DNA of 64,000 nt from a candidate division WOR-3 bacterium (GTDB taxonomy: Bacteria > Hydrothermota > Tepidihabitantia > Tepidihabitantales > Tepidihabitantaceae). The notes under the pieces were generated by a model. The model was not told the origin of the DNA. It saw only the letters and a program-made list of their open reading frames with translations, and searched no databases. A program made the translations under genes and the position numbers. The stretch lies in the NCBI GenBank assembly GCA_965648935.1, contig CBFGIY010000001.1, positions 32,794 through 96,793 of the forward strand, read 5' to 3'. Below are positions 37,001 to 46,652 of this stretch, one piece after another. How positions within the stretch are numbered: the stretch's first letter is position 1; every line of letters begins with the position of its first letter.

Positions 37001-37139
37001 GCCCGAATCATAGGCCCGGCCGGATTGGCGTCAAGCAGTAACCAGCCGACGGCTTGCGGCTGACGGCGGCTTTGACATCTGGCTCCCGGCCTTTGACTGC
37101 TGACTTGCCCCTTGCCCCTGCTCGGCTATAGTCTGCCCG

Positions 37140-39650
37140 ATGCGAAGAACACTGGCTACCGTCCTCTTGCTCTCGGCCGCGGCTGCGGCCCTGCCGCCCA
37201 TCTCCGACACCATCGACATCCGCGAGTGGATTGTCGGCGGGCCGTTTCCGGCCGCGCCGCGCGAAGGAATAGTCCCGGTCATCGACGACGCGGCGACGTT
37301 CCGGCCCGCGGTCGGCGACACGTACTACTCCGGCCTCGTGCAGGGCGGCGTCACGCTTGCCCGCAAGGTCACGGTCGACTCGCTTGGCTGGCTTGCGACC
37401 GACTGGCAGGGCGTGCGCTGGGACACGCTACAGGACTACTACGGCAACGTCGGGCTCTACTGCTCCGGCTTTGCCTATGCCGAGTTCGCCTCGCCGCGCG
37501 CCGGCCGCGCCGTCGCGGTCGCGACCGAACTGGGCGGGTTCACGCTCAATGGCCGCGGCTACACCGGCGACGCATACGGCGCGGGCTGGTTTGCCTGCCC
37601 GGTCGAGCTGGACTCGGGTCTCAACCGCGTGCTGTTGCGGCTGGCCAGCTTCGGCGACGACCGCGTGCGGTTTCGGCTCGTGCCGGTGCCGGCCGACGTG
37701 CGCACGGTCAGTGCCGATGCGACCCGCCCCGACCTCGTGGCCGACTCCGCGCTGGACGCCTGGCTCGGTCTGCCGGTCCAGAACCTGTCGTCATCATCGC
37801 TGAAAAGAGTCTCCGTACGCGTACTTTTCGCCGACAGCGCGGTCGGCCACACGACGGTTGACCTGCCCGCATATGGCGCGCGCAAGCTGCCCGTCCGAAT
37901 CCGGCTGCCGCGCCAGCCCTGGGACAGCGCGCACAAGTCCCTGCCGCTCGTGGTCGAGACGCGCCTCGGCGACTCGGTCGCGTCCAGCGAAACACTGCAG
38001 CTCGACATCCGCCGGCCCGACGAGGTCCGCCGTGTCACGTTCCTTTCCGCCATCGACTCCTCGGTGCAGTACTACGCGGTGCTCTACCCGAGGGATTTCG
38101 ACCCGGCGCGGCGCTACCCGGTGATTTACACCCTGCACGGCGCCGGGGTCGAGGCCGACGGCCAGGCCCGGGCGTACAAGCAGAAAGACTGGGCGTTCGT
38201 GGTCGCGCCGACCAACCGCCGCAAGTACGGCTTCGACTGGCAGGACTGGGGACGCCTCGACGCCATCGAGGTGCTCGACACGATTCTCGCCCGCCTGCCC
38301 ATCGACCCGGACCGCGTCCTGCTCGTGGGCGGCTCAATGGGCGGCCACGGCACCTGGCACGTCGGCCTGACTCACCCTGACCGGTTCGCGGTCGCCTCGC
38401 CCCAGGCCGGCTGGCCCACGCACCAGCTCTACGTGCCGTGGTTCCTCCAGCGCAGTGCCATCTTTGCCCAGCCAAGCGCGCTGGCGATCCGCGACCGGGT
38501 CCTGCGCTCGGACAACACCGCGGCGCTGCTTGAGAACGCGCTCAACCTGCCGTACTTCATCCTGCACGGCGGCGACGACGACAACGTGCCGCCCCTGCAC
38601 GCGCGCAACTTCAAGATGTGGGCCGACGAACTCGGACTCGACGTCACTCTGCGCGAGGTGCCGGGCCGCGGCCACTGGTATGTCTACGAGGACCTCGACC
38701 TCACCTGCGTCGACGACACCGCGCTGATGAACTTCATCCGCGACCGGCGCCGCGACCCCGGCCCGCGCCGCGTCCGGTTCCGCACCGCCGACCTCGGCAC
38801 CGCGCATGCATCCTACTGGGTCGCTATCGACCGCGTGGGCGTGGTCGGGCAGGACGCCGTGATTGACGCTTGGGCTGGTGACTCGCTGGTGCGGGTGACG
38901 ACGCAGAATGTTGACCAGTTCGCGCTGAAGCTCGACGGCGCGCCGTTCTTTGCCGGACCGGTCCGTGTCGAGATTGACGGTGCGCGCGTCGGCGGCAGAC
39001 TGGCACCGCCAGGCCGGTTCACGTTTCACCGCAAGGACGGCAGGTGGCGCTTCGGCCCGAACTGGCTCCGGGGCCTTGCCAAGACCCCGGCGCAGTACGG
39101 CCCGGCGCGTCAGGTACTGATGCGGCCGTTCGCGCTGGTCTTTGGCACGCGCGACACCGCGCTGGCCCGCGACCTTGCCCATGCCGCTACTCAGGAAGCC
39201 CTGCGCTGGTGGCTGATAGGCAACGGCGATGCGCCGGTACTGGCCGACACCGCGGTCACCGACAGCCTGCTCTCCCGGCGCAACGTCGTGCTCTTCGGCG
39301 GGCCCGCTCAGAACTCGGTCACCGCCCGCATCGCCGCGCAGTTGCCCTGCCGGCTGGAATCAGGCCGGCTTGATTTCGCCGGCCGCGACCTCGGCGACAG
39401 CGCGGCCGCGGTGTTTGTCCGACCCAGCCCGTTCAATCCCGAACGGCTGGTGCTCGTGCGGATGGGTACTGACGCGGCCGCGACCCGGCTGGCCGCGGCC
39501 TGGGGATTTGCCTACTCCGGCGCGGGCGCGCCTGACTTCGTCGTGTTTGACCGGCGCTGGCGCCGGCGCGGCTGGGCCGGGGTCCGCGCCGCCGGGTTCT
39601 TTGACTCCTACTGGCGCGTTGACCCGCGCTCGTCGTTCTTCGAACGCTAG
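37140..39650 (+). CDS. Secreted alpha/beta hydrolase (peptidase S9/esterase-like), multidomain
   Basis: Signal peptide; LHGAG, GGSMGG nucleophile elbow, LHGGDDDNVP, GRGHW. Confidence 0.85.
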   Translation: MRRTLATVLLLSAAAAALPPISDTIDIREWIVGGPFPAAPREGIVPVIDDAATFRPAVGDTYYSGLVQGGVTLARKVTVDSLGWLATDWQGVRWDTLQDYYGNVGLYCSGFAYAEFASPRAGRAVAVATELGGFTLNGRGYTGDAYGAGWFACPVELDSGLNRVLLRLASFGDDRVRFRLVPVPADVRTVSADATRPDLVADSALDAWLGLPVQNLSSSSLKRVSVRVLFADSAVGHTTVDLPAYGARKLPVRIRLPRQPWDSAHKSLPLVVETRLGDSVASSETLQLDIRRPDEVRRVTFLSAIDSSVQYYAVLYPRDFDPARRYPVIYTLHGAGVEADGQARAYKQKDWAFVVAPTNRRKYGFDWQDWGRLDAIEVLDTILARLPIDPDRVLLVGGSMGGHGTWHVGLTHPDRFAVASPQAGWPTHQLYVPWFLQRSAIFAQPSALAIRDRVLRSDNTAALLENALNLPYFILHGGDDDNVPPLHARNFKMWADELGLDVTLREVPGRGHWYVYEDLDLTCVDDTALMNFIRDRRRDPGPRRVRFRTADLGTAHASYWVAIDRVGVVGQDAVIDAWAGDSLVRVTTQNVDQFALKLDGAPFFAGPVRVEIDGARVGGRLAPPGRFTFHRKDGRWRFGPNWLRGLAKTPAQYGPARQVLMRPFALVFGTRDTALARDLAHAATQEALRWWLIGNGDAPVLADTAVTDSLLSRRNVVLFGGPAQNSVTARIAAQLPCRLESGRLDFAGRDLGDSAAAVFVRPSPFNPERLVLVRMGTDAAATRLAAAWGFAYSGAGAPDFVVFDRRWRRRGWAGVRAAGFFDSYWRVDPRSSFFER

Positions 39651-39656
39651 CCGCCC

Positions 39657-40514
39657 GTGCGCTCTGTCACGCTCCGCTCACCAGCCAAGATCAACCTCGG
39701 CCTTGCCGTCGGGCCGCGCCGGCCCGATGGCTATCACGACATCACGACAATCTTCGTTCCGCTGGACTTCGGCGACACGGTGCGCATCGAGCGCCGCGCC
39801 GCCGGCATCACCCTGCGCTGCAGCGACCCGACGCTGCCGACCAATGAAGGCAATTTGGCTTGGCGCGCGGCCAGGGCTTTTTTCCCGGCTTCGCGCCTCA
39901 TTACCGGCTGTGCCATCAGTATCACCAAGCGCATCCCGGTCGGGTCCGGCCTGGGCGGCGGCTCGTCCAATGCCGCGGCCACGCTCCTGGGCCTCAATAG
40001 GCTGCACGGCAACCCGCTAGCGCCGCGCGCCCTCCGCCGCATTGCCGCGCGACTGGGCAGCGACGTCGCCTGTTTCCTCTACCCCGGCCCGACCGTGGGC
40101 CGGGGACGCGGCGAGCGACTGCGCCCCATCGGCCTGCCCCGCCTGCACCTGCTGCTGCACTTCCCCGGCCATCCCGTGCCCACGGCCTGGGCCTATGCCG
40201 CGCTTGACCGCTCGCGCCGGCGCGGTTTGACTCGCAGCGTTTTTTCGCCTAAGATGCTCTCGTTGCGTCTAAGGCGCAACGAGCTGGACAAGGCGGCCGC
40301 GCTCATCCAGAACGACTTCGAACCTGTCGTTTTCCGCGCCCACCCGGGGCTTGCCCGTGCCAGGGCGAAGTTCCTCGAATCGGGCGCCTGGGCCGCGGCG
40401 CTGTCCGGCTCCGGCAGTACGGTCTATGGCCTGGTGACTGCACAGGGCTGGCACGACCCGATGGCCGCGATGTCGCGCTCTGGTTTCCCCTGCATTCACG
40501 CCTGTTCGCTGTAG
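39657..40514 (+). CDS. ispE: 4-(cytidine 5'-diphospho)-2-C-methyl-D-erythritol kinase
   Basis: PAKINLGL, DGYHDI, KRIPVGSGLGGGSSNAA, LGSDV, NDFE, LSGSGSTV. Confidence 0.95.
   Translation: MRSVTLRSPAKINLGLAVGPRRPDGYHDITTIFVPLDFGDTVRIERRAAGITLRCSDPTLPTNEGNLAWRAARAFFPASRLITGCAISITKRIPVGSGLGGGSSNAAATLLGLNRLHGNPLAPRALRRIAARLGSDVACFLYPGPTVGRGRGERLRPIGLPRLHLLLHFPGHPVPTAWAYAALDRSRRRGLTRSVFSPKMLSLRLRRNELDKAAALIQNDFEPVVFRAHPGLARARAKFLESGAWAAALSGSGSTVYGLVTAQGWHDPMAAMSRSGFPCIHACSL
40227..40255 (+). promoter_or_regulatory. Internal promoter inside ispE, probably driving tRNA-Gln-prs-rplY
   Basis: TTGACT, 17 nt, TAAGAT in a locally T-rich patch of the CDS. Confidence 0.55.
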
Positions 40515-40536
40515 GCCCTGCCCGAGAGGCTTCTCT

Positions 40537-40608
40537 TGGGGCGTCGTTCAACTGGCAGGACCCAGGACTTTGGATCCTGTTATGAAGGTTCAACTCCTTC
40601 CGCCCCAG
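40537..40608 (+). tRNA. tRNA-Gln(TTG)
   Basis: TGGGGCG/CGCCCCA acceptor; CAGGA-CTTTGGA-TCCTG; GGTTCAACTCC; usual position between ispE and prs. Confidence 0.95.
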
Positions 40609-40636
40609 GCTATGATGACCGGCAAAGCGAGGTGAA

Positions 40637-41572
40637 ATGACTGGCCAGTTGAAGGTGCTCTCCGGCCGCGCCAATCTGCCGCTCGCCCGGAAGATCGCCG
40701 CCCACCTTGACCTGCAGCTGGGCGCGACCGAGCTGCGCAACTTCGCGGACGGCGAGATACGGGTCAACATTAACGAGAGCGTCCGCGGCGACGATGTCTT
40801 TGTCATCCAGCCGACCCAGCCGCCGGCCGAGAACCTCTTCGAACTGCTGCTGATGCTTGACGCGCTCAAGCGCGCCTCGGCCGAACGCATAACCGCGGTG
40901 ATACCTTACTACGGCTACGCGCGCCAGGACCGCAAGGACCGGCCGCGCGTGCCGGTCTCGGCCAAGCTCGTGGCTAACCTCATCGAGCACGCCGGCGCCG
41001 ACCGGGTCCTGACAATGGAGCTGCACGCCGAACAGATCCAGGCCTTCTTCGACATCCCGGTTGACCATATGTACGCAACGCCCGTGCTTGTCGACCACTT
41101 CCGCAAGGACGCGACTGACGGGCTCATCGTCGTCGCGCCCGACACCGGCAGGGCAAACCGCGCGCGCGGCTTCGCCCAGCGCCTCGGCGACAACATCCCC
41201 ATCGCCATCATCGACAAGCGCCGGCCCGAACCGAACAGGGCCGAGGTCCACAACATCGTCGGCGACGTGGCCGGTTGCCGCGCGCTGATATTCGACGACA
41301 TGATCGACACCGGCGGCACGCTCGTCGGCGCGGCCCGGGCACTGCTCGCGGCCGGCGCGAAGAGCGTCACCGCGGTCGCCACCCACGGCGTGCTCTCCGG
41401 CCCGGCGCGCGAGCGCCTATGCGGCCCCGAGTTCGAGTCGGTCGTCGTCACCGACACCATCAACCAGCCCGAAACCGAAAGCAAGATCAAGGTGCTCTCC
41501 GTCTCCGCGCTCCTGGCCGAGGCCATCTTCCGCATCCATCGCGGCGAATCGGTGAGCTCACTGTTCATCTAG
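40637..41572 (+). CDS. prs: Ribose-phosphate pyrophosphokinase
   Basis: FADGEI, PYYGYARQDRK, VAPDTG, DDMIDTGGT, THGVLSG. Confidence 0.97.
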   Translation: MTGQLKVLSGRANLPLARKIAAHLDLQLGATELRNFADGEIRVNINESVRGDDVFVIQPTQPPAENLFELLLMLDALKRASAERITAVIPYYGYARQDRKDRPRVPVSAKLVANLIEHAGADRVLTMELHAEQIQAFFDIPVDHMYATPVLVDHFRKDATDGLIVVAPDTGRANRARGFAQRLGDNIPIAIIDKRRPEPNRAEVHNIVGDVAGCRALIFDDMIDTGGTLVGAARALLAAGAKSVTAVATHGVLSGPARERLCGPEFESVVVTDTINQPETESKIKVLSVSALLAEAIFRIHRGESVSSLFI

Positions 41573-41581
41573 AGGAGACCC

Positions 41582-42289
41582 ATGGCATACACCATCAAAG
41601 CGACCAGCCGCACCCAGACCGGCAAGGGCCCGGTCCGCCGAATGCGCTACAGCGGCACTGTCCCGGCCGTGCTCTACGGCCACGGCGACCCGTCGGTCAT
41701 GCTCGGACTGGGCGCGCACGACTTCGAGATGCTGCTCATCCAGCTCCGCGGCCACAGCCCGATCGTCGACCTTGAAATCGACGGCGCCCCGGCCCTGCGC
41801 TGCGTCATCAAAACGCTCCAGCGCAACCCGGTGTCGGGCAAGCTGCTCCACGTCGATTTCCAGAAAGTCCACGCCGGCGAGAAGATAACGCTCGATGTGC
41901 CGGTCGTGCTCCACGGCACGCCCGAAGGCATCAAGATGGGCGGCATCCTCGAATACATCCGCCGCGAGGTACCGGTCCGCGCCACCATCGACAAGATACC
42001 CGAGCACTTTGACGTCGATGTCACCCACCTCGGCGTCGGCCAGAGCGTCCACATCGCCGACCTCAACCGGCCCGATCTCGAGTTCGGCCTGCCGCCCGAC
42101 TCGGCCATCGTGACCGTGCTGGTGCCGCGCAAGATCGAGGTAGCGGCCGCGACGCCTGAAGCCGCGGCGGCCGCCGGCGAAGCCCCGGCCGAACCCGAGG
42201 TCATCAAAGAGAAGAAGCCGACCGAGGAGGAGGCCGCGGCCGAGGACAAGGGCAAGGGCAAGGCCGCCAAGGAAGAAAAGAAGAAGTAA
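41582..42289 (+). CDS. rplY: 50S ribosomal protein L25/Ctc
   Basis: GKGPVRRMR..G.VPAVLYG, QRNPV...LLHVDF, GIKMGGIL. Confidence 0.95.
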   Translation: MAYTIKATSRTQTGKGPVRRMRYSGTVPAVLYGHGDPSVMLGLGAHDFEMLLIQLRGHSPIVDLEIDGAPALRCVIKTLQRNPVSGKLLHVDFQKVHAGEKITLDVPVVLHGTPEGIKMGGILEYIRREVPVRATIDKIPEHFDVDVTHLGVGQSVHIADLNRPDLEFGLPPDSAIVTVLVPRKIEVAAATPEAAAAAGEAPAEPEVIKEKKPTEEEAAAEDKGKGKAAKEEKKK

Positions 42290-42293
42290 CGCG

Positions 42294-42872
42294 GTGACGG
42301 TCTTCGGCCTCGGCAACCCGGGCGAGGAGTACGCCCAGACCCGGCACAATGTCGGGTTCATGGTGCTGGACACTCTCGCCCGGCGTCTGCACGGCCGATT
42401 CCGCAGCGCCGGCGGCCGGATGGTCTGCCGCCGCGAGTTCGCGGGCCGGCCGCTCGTGCTCGTCAAGCCGATGCTCTGGATGAACGAGTCCGGCGTGGCG
42501 GTGCGCGAGCACCTCGAGCGCGAGCCCGACAGCTTCCTCGTGGTCTACGACGACATCGCCCTGCCCTTCGGCCGTCTGCGCATCCGGCCGCGCGGTTCGG
42601 ACGGCGGCCACAAGGGCATCGGCTCGATCATCTACCGGCTCGGCACCGACAGCTTCCCGCGCCTGCGCGTCGGGGTCGATGCCCCGCCGCCGGGCGAGGA
42701 CGCGGTCGGCTGGGTGCTCGGCCGGTTCTCCGCCGACGAGCAGGCCGCCCTGCCAGAACTCCTCGACCGGGCGGCCGACGCCTGCATCACGGTCGTCACA
42801 CAGGGCATCGCCGCGGCGATGAACCGCTACAACCCGGCGCCGGCCGCGCCCGGCGCAGCGGAGGCCGAATGA
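42294..42872 (+). CDS. pth: Peptidyl-tRNA hydrolase
   Basis: GLGNPGEEY..TRHNVGF, KP..WMNESG, YDDI, GGHKG, RLRVGV. Confidence 0.96.
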   Translation: MTVFGLGNPGEEYAQTRHNVGFMVLDTLARRLHGRFRSAGGRMVCRREFAGRPLVLVKPMLWMNESGVAVREHLEREPDSFLVVYDDIALPFGRLRIRPRGSDGGHKGIGSIIYRLGTDSFPRLRVGVDAPPPGEDAVGWVLGRFSADEQAALPELLDRAADACITVVTQGIAAAMNRYNPAPAAPGAAEAE

Positions 42873-43921
42873 AGGTCGGGCTTGTCGGCCTGCCCAACGC
42901 GGGCAAGTCCTCGCTCTTCAACCTGCTCACCGCGGGCAACGCCCGGGTCGACCTCTACCCCTTCACGACCGTCGAGAAGAACGTCGGCGTCACGCTTGTG
43001 CCCGACGAGCGGCTCGAGGCCATCGGCCGCGTCCTGCGACCCGAGCGGCTCACCCCGGCGCACGTCGAGTTCGTCGACATCGCCGGGCTGGTCAAGGGCG
43101 CGAGCCGGGGCGAGGGTCTGGGCAACAAGTTCCTCGGCCACATCCGCGAAGCCGACCTCGTCCTCCACGTCGTGCGCAACTTCGCCTCGGGCGACATCCC
43201 GCACGTCCTCGACACCGTGGACCCGGACCGCGACGCCGCGATAGTCGAGGCCGAGCTGGCAATCGCCGACCTCGCGATAGTCGAGCGCCGGCTCGAACAC
43301 GTCCGCAAGGAACCCAGGACCCCGGACAACGCGCCCCTGCTCGCCGCGCTTGAGAAGCTCCACGCCGCGCTCGCGGCAGGCGCGCCTGCGCCGGAGCTGC
43401 ACCTCGACGAGAAGACCGCGGTGCGCGACCTCGGCCTGATCACCACGCGGCCGGTCGTCTACGCGGTCAACTGCTCGGACACCGAGCCGGCCGACCCGGC
43501 CCGTTTTCCCCGCCTCGCCGCGCTGACCAACCTGCTCTTCTCGGCGGCGCTCGAGGCGGGACTCGCCGAGTTCAGCCCGGCCGAGCGCGTCGAGCTGAGA
43601 ACCGGCCTCGGGCTTCACCCCGACGGCCCGGCCGGCATTGTCGAGACCTGCTTCCGTGCCCTCGACCTCATCCGCTTCTACACGGTGAAGGGGAACGAAT
43701 CGCGCGCCTGGGCCGCGCCCCGCGGCATCACCGCGCACGAGGCCGCCAGCCTCATTCACACCGACATCGGCGCCGGCTTCATACGCGCCGAGGTCGTCAA
43801 CCACGCCGACCTCGTGGCCGCGGGCGACTTCGCGCGCGCGCGCGACGCAGGCCACGTCAAGGTCGAAGGCAAGGGCTACACGGTGCAGGACGGAGATGTC
43901 CTGCTGGTGAAGTTCCGATGA
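42869..43921 (+). CDS. ychF: Ribosome-binding ATPase YchF
   Basis: GLPNAGKSSLFN, YPFTT, VDIAGLVKGAS.GEGLGNKFL, IHTD...GFIRAEV. Confidence 0.95.
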   Translation: MKVGLVGLPNAGKSSLFNLLTAGNARVDLYPFTTVEKNVGVTLVPDERLEAIGRVLRPERLTPAHVEFVDIAGLVKGASRGEGLGNKFLGHIREADLVLHVVRNFASGDIPHVLDTVDPDRDAAIVEAELAIADLAIVERRLEHVRKEPRTPDNAPLLAALEKLHAALAAGAPAPELHLDEKTAVRDLGLITTRPVVYAVNCSDTEPADPARFPRLAALTNLLFSAALEAGLAEFSPAERVELRTGLGLHPDGPAGIVETCFRALDLIRFYTVKGNESRAWAAPRGITAHEAASLIHTDIGAGFIRAEVVNHADLVAAGDFARARDAGHVKVEGKGYTVQDGDVLLVKFR

Positions 43922-43982
43922 ACAACAGAACGAAGGCAAACCGAATGACAAGCCCGGTGTCGGACCGGGCTCAGGAGGCAGT

Positions 43983-44369
43983 TTGAATCACTACGAAATC
44001 GCTCTGGTCATAAACCCCGACGTGCCCGAGAAGGAAGTCGAGAAGATCGCGCAGGAGACGCGCGACCTGCTCGCCGGGATGCAGGCCGCGGTAGCCAGCA
44101 CCAAGGTAGAGCGCCGCTCGCTCGCCTACCCCATCAAGCGCTGGACCGAGGCCTACTACGTCTTCATCGAGTGCGACGCGCCCGGCTCGATGCCCCAGGC
44201 CATCCGCCACGAGCTCAGGCACCGCGAGGGCCTCATCCGGATGGGCTTCGTCAACAAGCCGCTCCAGCCCGAGATGCCCGCTCCCGAGCCGCCCGCAGTC
44301 GAGCCCGCCCCGGCGCCCGAAGCCGAGCAGTTTGAGCCTGAACCAGTGCCCGAGGCCGACAATGCCTGA
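43983..44369 (+). CDS. rpsF: 30S ribosomal protein S6 with Pro/Glu-rich tail
   Basis: NHYE..LVINP, RSLAYPIK....AYY; AGGAGG RBS before TTG; directly upstream of ssb. Confidence 0.88.
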   Translation: MNHYEIALVINPDVPEKEVEKIAQETRDLLAGMQAAVASTKVERRSLAYPIKRWTEAYYVFIECDAPGSMPQAIRHELRHREGLIRMGFVNKPLQPEMPAPEPPAVEPAPAPEAEQFEPEPVPEADNA

Positions 44370-44796
44370 ACTGCGCCTCGGCAGCCTCAACTACGTCGTC
44401 CTACTCGGCCGGGTGACGATGGACCCGGACCTGCGCTACGTGCCCAGCGGCACGGCCGTGCTCGGCTTCCGCATCGCGGTCAACCGCCGCTACAAGGACA
44501 AGTCCGGTGAGTGGAAGGACGACACGTCGTACTTCACGGTCAATATCTGGGGCCAGGCCGCCGAACGGTTGAGCGAGCAGATGAAGCGCGGCTCGGCCGT
44601 GCTCGTTGAGGGTCAGTTGCGCAGCCGCGACTGGGAGACAAAGTCCGGTGAGAAGCGCACCTCGGTCGAAATCTGGTCGACGCGCACCCAGGTGCTCGAC
44701 AAGACCGGTCCGTCTTCAGAAGGCGCCCGGCCGGCGAAAGCCGAAGAGGAAGAACCGGACATACCCCGCGACCAGCTCGACGACATACCGTTCTAG
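44362..44796 (+). CDS. ssb: Single-stranded DNA-binding protein
   Basis: LNYVVLLGR...PDLRY.PSG, VEGQLRSR.WE, C-term DDIPF. Confidence 0.96.
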   Translation: MPELRLGSLNYVVLLGRVTMDPDLRYVPSGTAVLGFRIAVNRRYKDKSGEWKDDTSYFTVNIWGQAAERLSEQMKRGSAVLVEGQLRSRDWETKSGEKRTSVEIWSTRTQVLDKTGPSSEGARPAKAEEEEPDIPRDQLDDIPF

Positions 44797-44902
44797 AAAG
44801 AAGAGGAGCAAGCTCAGGGAATCCGGGCGCAACGGACACGGTCAGGCGACCAGCGCCGTGTTTGACCCTGAGTGCAGGCTTCTGACCGAACTGCCGGCGG
44901 CC

Positions 44903-45223
44903 CTACTGGCCGCAGACCGGACACTTGACCTCGAGCGATGCCGGCGGCTTGGGATGCTCATTGCGGCCCAGCCCCAGCGTACCCGAGTGCTTGTGATAAG
45001 CCTCGCAATGACAGACGAAGGTCTCGCGCGGTGACAGCCCCACGTCGTACCAGTAGTACTGGTACTCGTGGACGTGGCTCTTGATCGCGTCGCGCAAACC
45101 CTTCTCGGCCCGGTCAACGTACTCGACCTGTTCCGGGTTGTGCGCCAGGCAATAGACCCCGCCGACATTGCTCGGTATGGTCATGTCGACCCGGATCATC
45201 TCCAGACGATAAGGCCCTCTCAT
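44903..45223 (-). CDS. Small degenerate GIY-YIG-like protein with C-terminal CxxC
   Basis: GGVYCL......VEYVDRA...LR..I..H, C..YH, NEHP..P....CPVCG; GGGAG RBS. Confidence 0.6.
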   Translation of the reverse strand: MRGPYRLEMIRVDMTIPSNVGGVYCLAHNPEQVEYVDRAEKGLRDAIKSHVHEYQYYWYDVGLSPRETFVCHCEAYHKHSGTLGLGRNEHPKPPASLEVKCPVCGQ

Positions 45224-45344
45224 CAGTACTCCCGCGAAAGCAAAGCGACGCACCCCCTGCAGGAGGGCCGCCGTCGATTCGAACACCGCCTCTCGAGCGC
45301 CATGATGCAACCTGGTCCAAGTCTAACCCTCCCCCCTTTGCCTG

Positions 45345-46652
45345 TCAATCAGCCGCAGGTAAGTGGACGGTGAAGACCGAGCCCTCGCCCAAGACGCTCT
45401 GCACGGTCACTTCCCCGCCGTGCAGCGCGGTGATGTGCTTGACGATGGCCAGCCCCAGCCCGGTGCCGCCGGCGCGGCGCGAGCGCGACTTGTCCGCAAC
45501 GTAGAAGCGTTCGAAGACGCGGTCAAGGTGCCGCCGCTCGATGCCGATACCGGTATCGGCGACATCGACTGCCAGACGGTCGCCTTCGCGCCGCAGCCGC
45601 ACCGTGACCGATCCCTTCTCAGTGTAATTGACCGCGTTGTCGACAAGATTGACAAAGACCTGCTCAAGCTTGAACCGGTCGGCCTGCACGCGGCTCGCGC
45701 TCGGCTCGATCTCCAACCTGAGTTCCAGACCCTTCTCCCGCGCCCGGGGCTCGAACAGGGCGACGACATCGCCGAGCAGCGCGTCGAGCGCGACCGGCTC
45801 GAACTCCGGCGCGCGGACGCTGTCGTCCTCGACCTCAGCCAGCAGGGCGAGGTCCTTGACCATCTGGACCAGCCGGTCAGTGTGCCGCTGGACAATCGCC
45901 AGCGGTCGGCGATTCGCATCGCTGACGTGCTCCTCCATCGTCTCGACGAAACCCTTGATTGCGGTCAGCGGCGTGCGCAATTCGTGCGCCACGTTGCGCA
46001 CGAAGTCACGCTTCATCCGTATGACCCGTTCCATCTCGGTGACGTCGTGGAATGTGACAAGCACGCTGTCCGGGCGGTCAAGCCGGGCCGCGGCGCACAG
46101 CCAGGTCCGGCCGTCCAGTTCGATCGGACGCGGCTGCGACTGCGCGAGCGTGCCGGCCGAACGAACCGCCTCGGCCAGGGCCGGGTCGCGGATTGCCTCC
46201 CAGTGAAACAGCCCGACAACCGATTCCCGTCCGCACAGCCGCAGAAATGCCTGGTTGGCCAGGGTGATCCGGCCGAAGCGGTCGGCCACGAGCACTCCGT
46301 CGCGCATCGCGGCTATGGTCGCGTCGAATGTCTCGCGCTCGGCCTCGAGCTGGCGCACCAGCTCGCCGGTGCGGAACGCCGACTCGTTGAACGCGCGCGC
46401 CAGCTCACGCAGCACCGGGTGGCTGCCCGGCTCGAGCCGGGCAGTGAAATCGCCCTTCCCGAACCGCTCGAATGCCCGGGTGCAGTCCCTGAGCTGGTGC
46501 TCGGTCGACCGGTAGAGAAAGAAAAGCAGCAGCCCGCCCAGCACGAACCAGCCGAGAACTATCACCGCCGCGACGCGTCCCGGTGTGAAAACCAGCAGCG
46601 CGCCGGCCGCGAACCACGCGCCGGCCAGCGCCAGAACCAGTCGGCGGTTCAC
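45345..46652 (-). CDS. phoR: Phosphate regulon sensor kinase PhoR
   Basis: 2 TM, HAMP/PAS, DFVRNVAHELRTPLTAIKGF.ET, FERFY.ADKSRSR..GGTGLGL. Confidence 0.9.
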   Translation of the reverse strand: MNRRLVLALAGAWFAAGALLVFTPGRVAAVIVLGWFVLGGLLLFFLYRSTEHQLRDCTRAFERFGKGDFTARLEPGSHPVLRELARAFNESAFRTGELVRQLEAERETFDATIAAMRDGVLVADRFGRITLANQAFLRLCGRESVVGLFHWEAIRDPALAEAVRSAGTLAQSQPRPIELDGRTWLCAAARLDRPDSVLVTFHDVTEMERVIRMKRDFVRNVAHELRTPLTAIKGFVETMEEHVSDANRRPLAIVQRHTDRLVQMVKDLALLAEVEDDSVRAPEFEPVALDALLGDVVALFEPRAREKGLELRLEIEPSASRVQADRFKLEQVFVNLVDNAVNYTEKGSVTVRLRREGDRLAVDVADTGIGIERRHLDRVFERFYVADKSRSRRAGGTGLGLAIVKHITALHGGEVTVQSVLGEGSVFTVHLPAAD

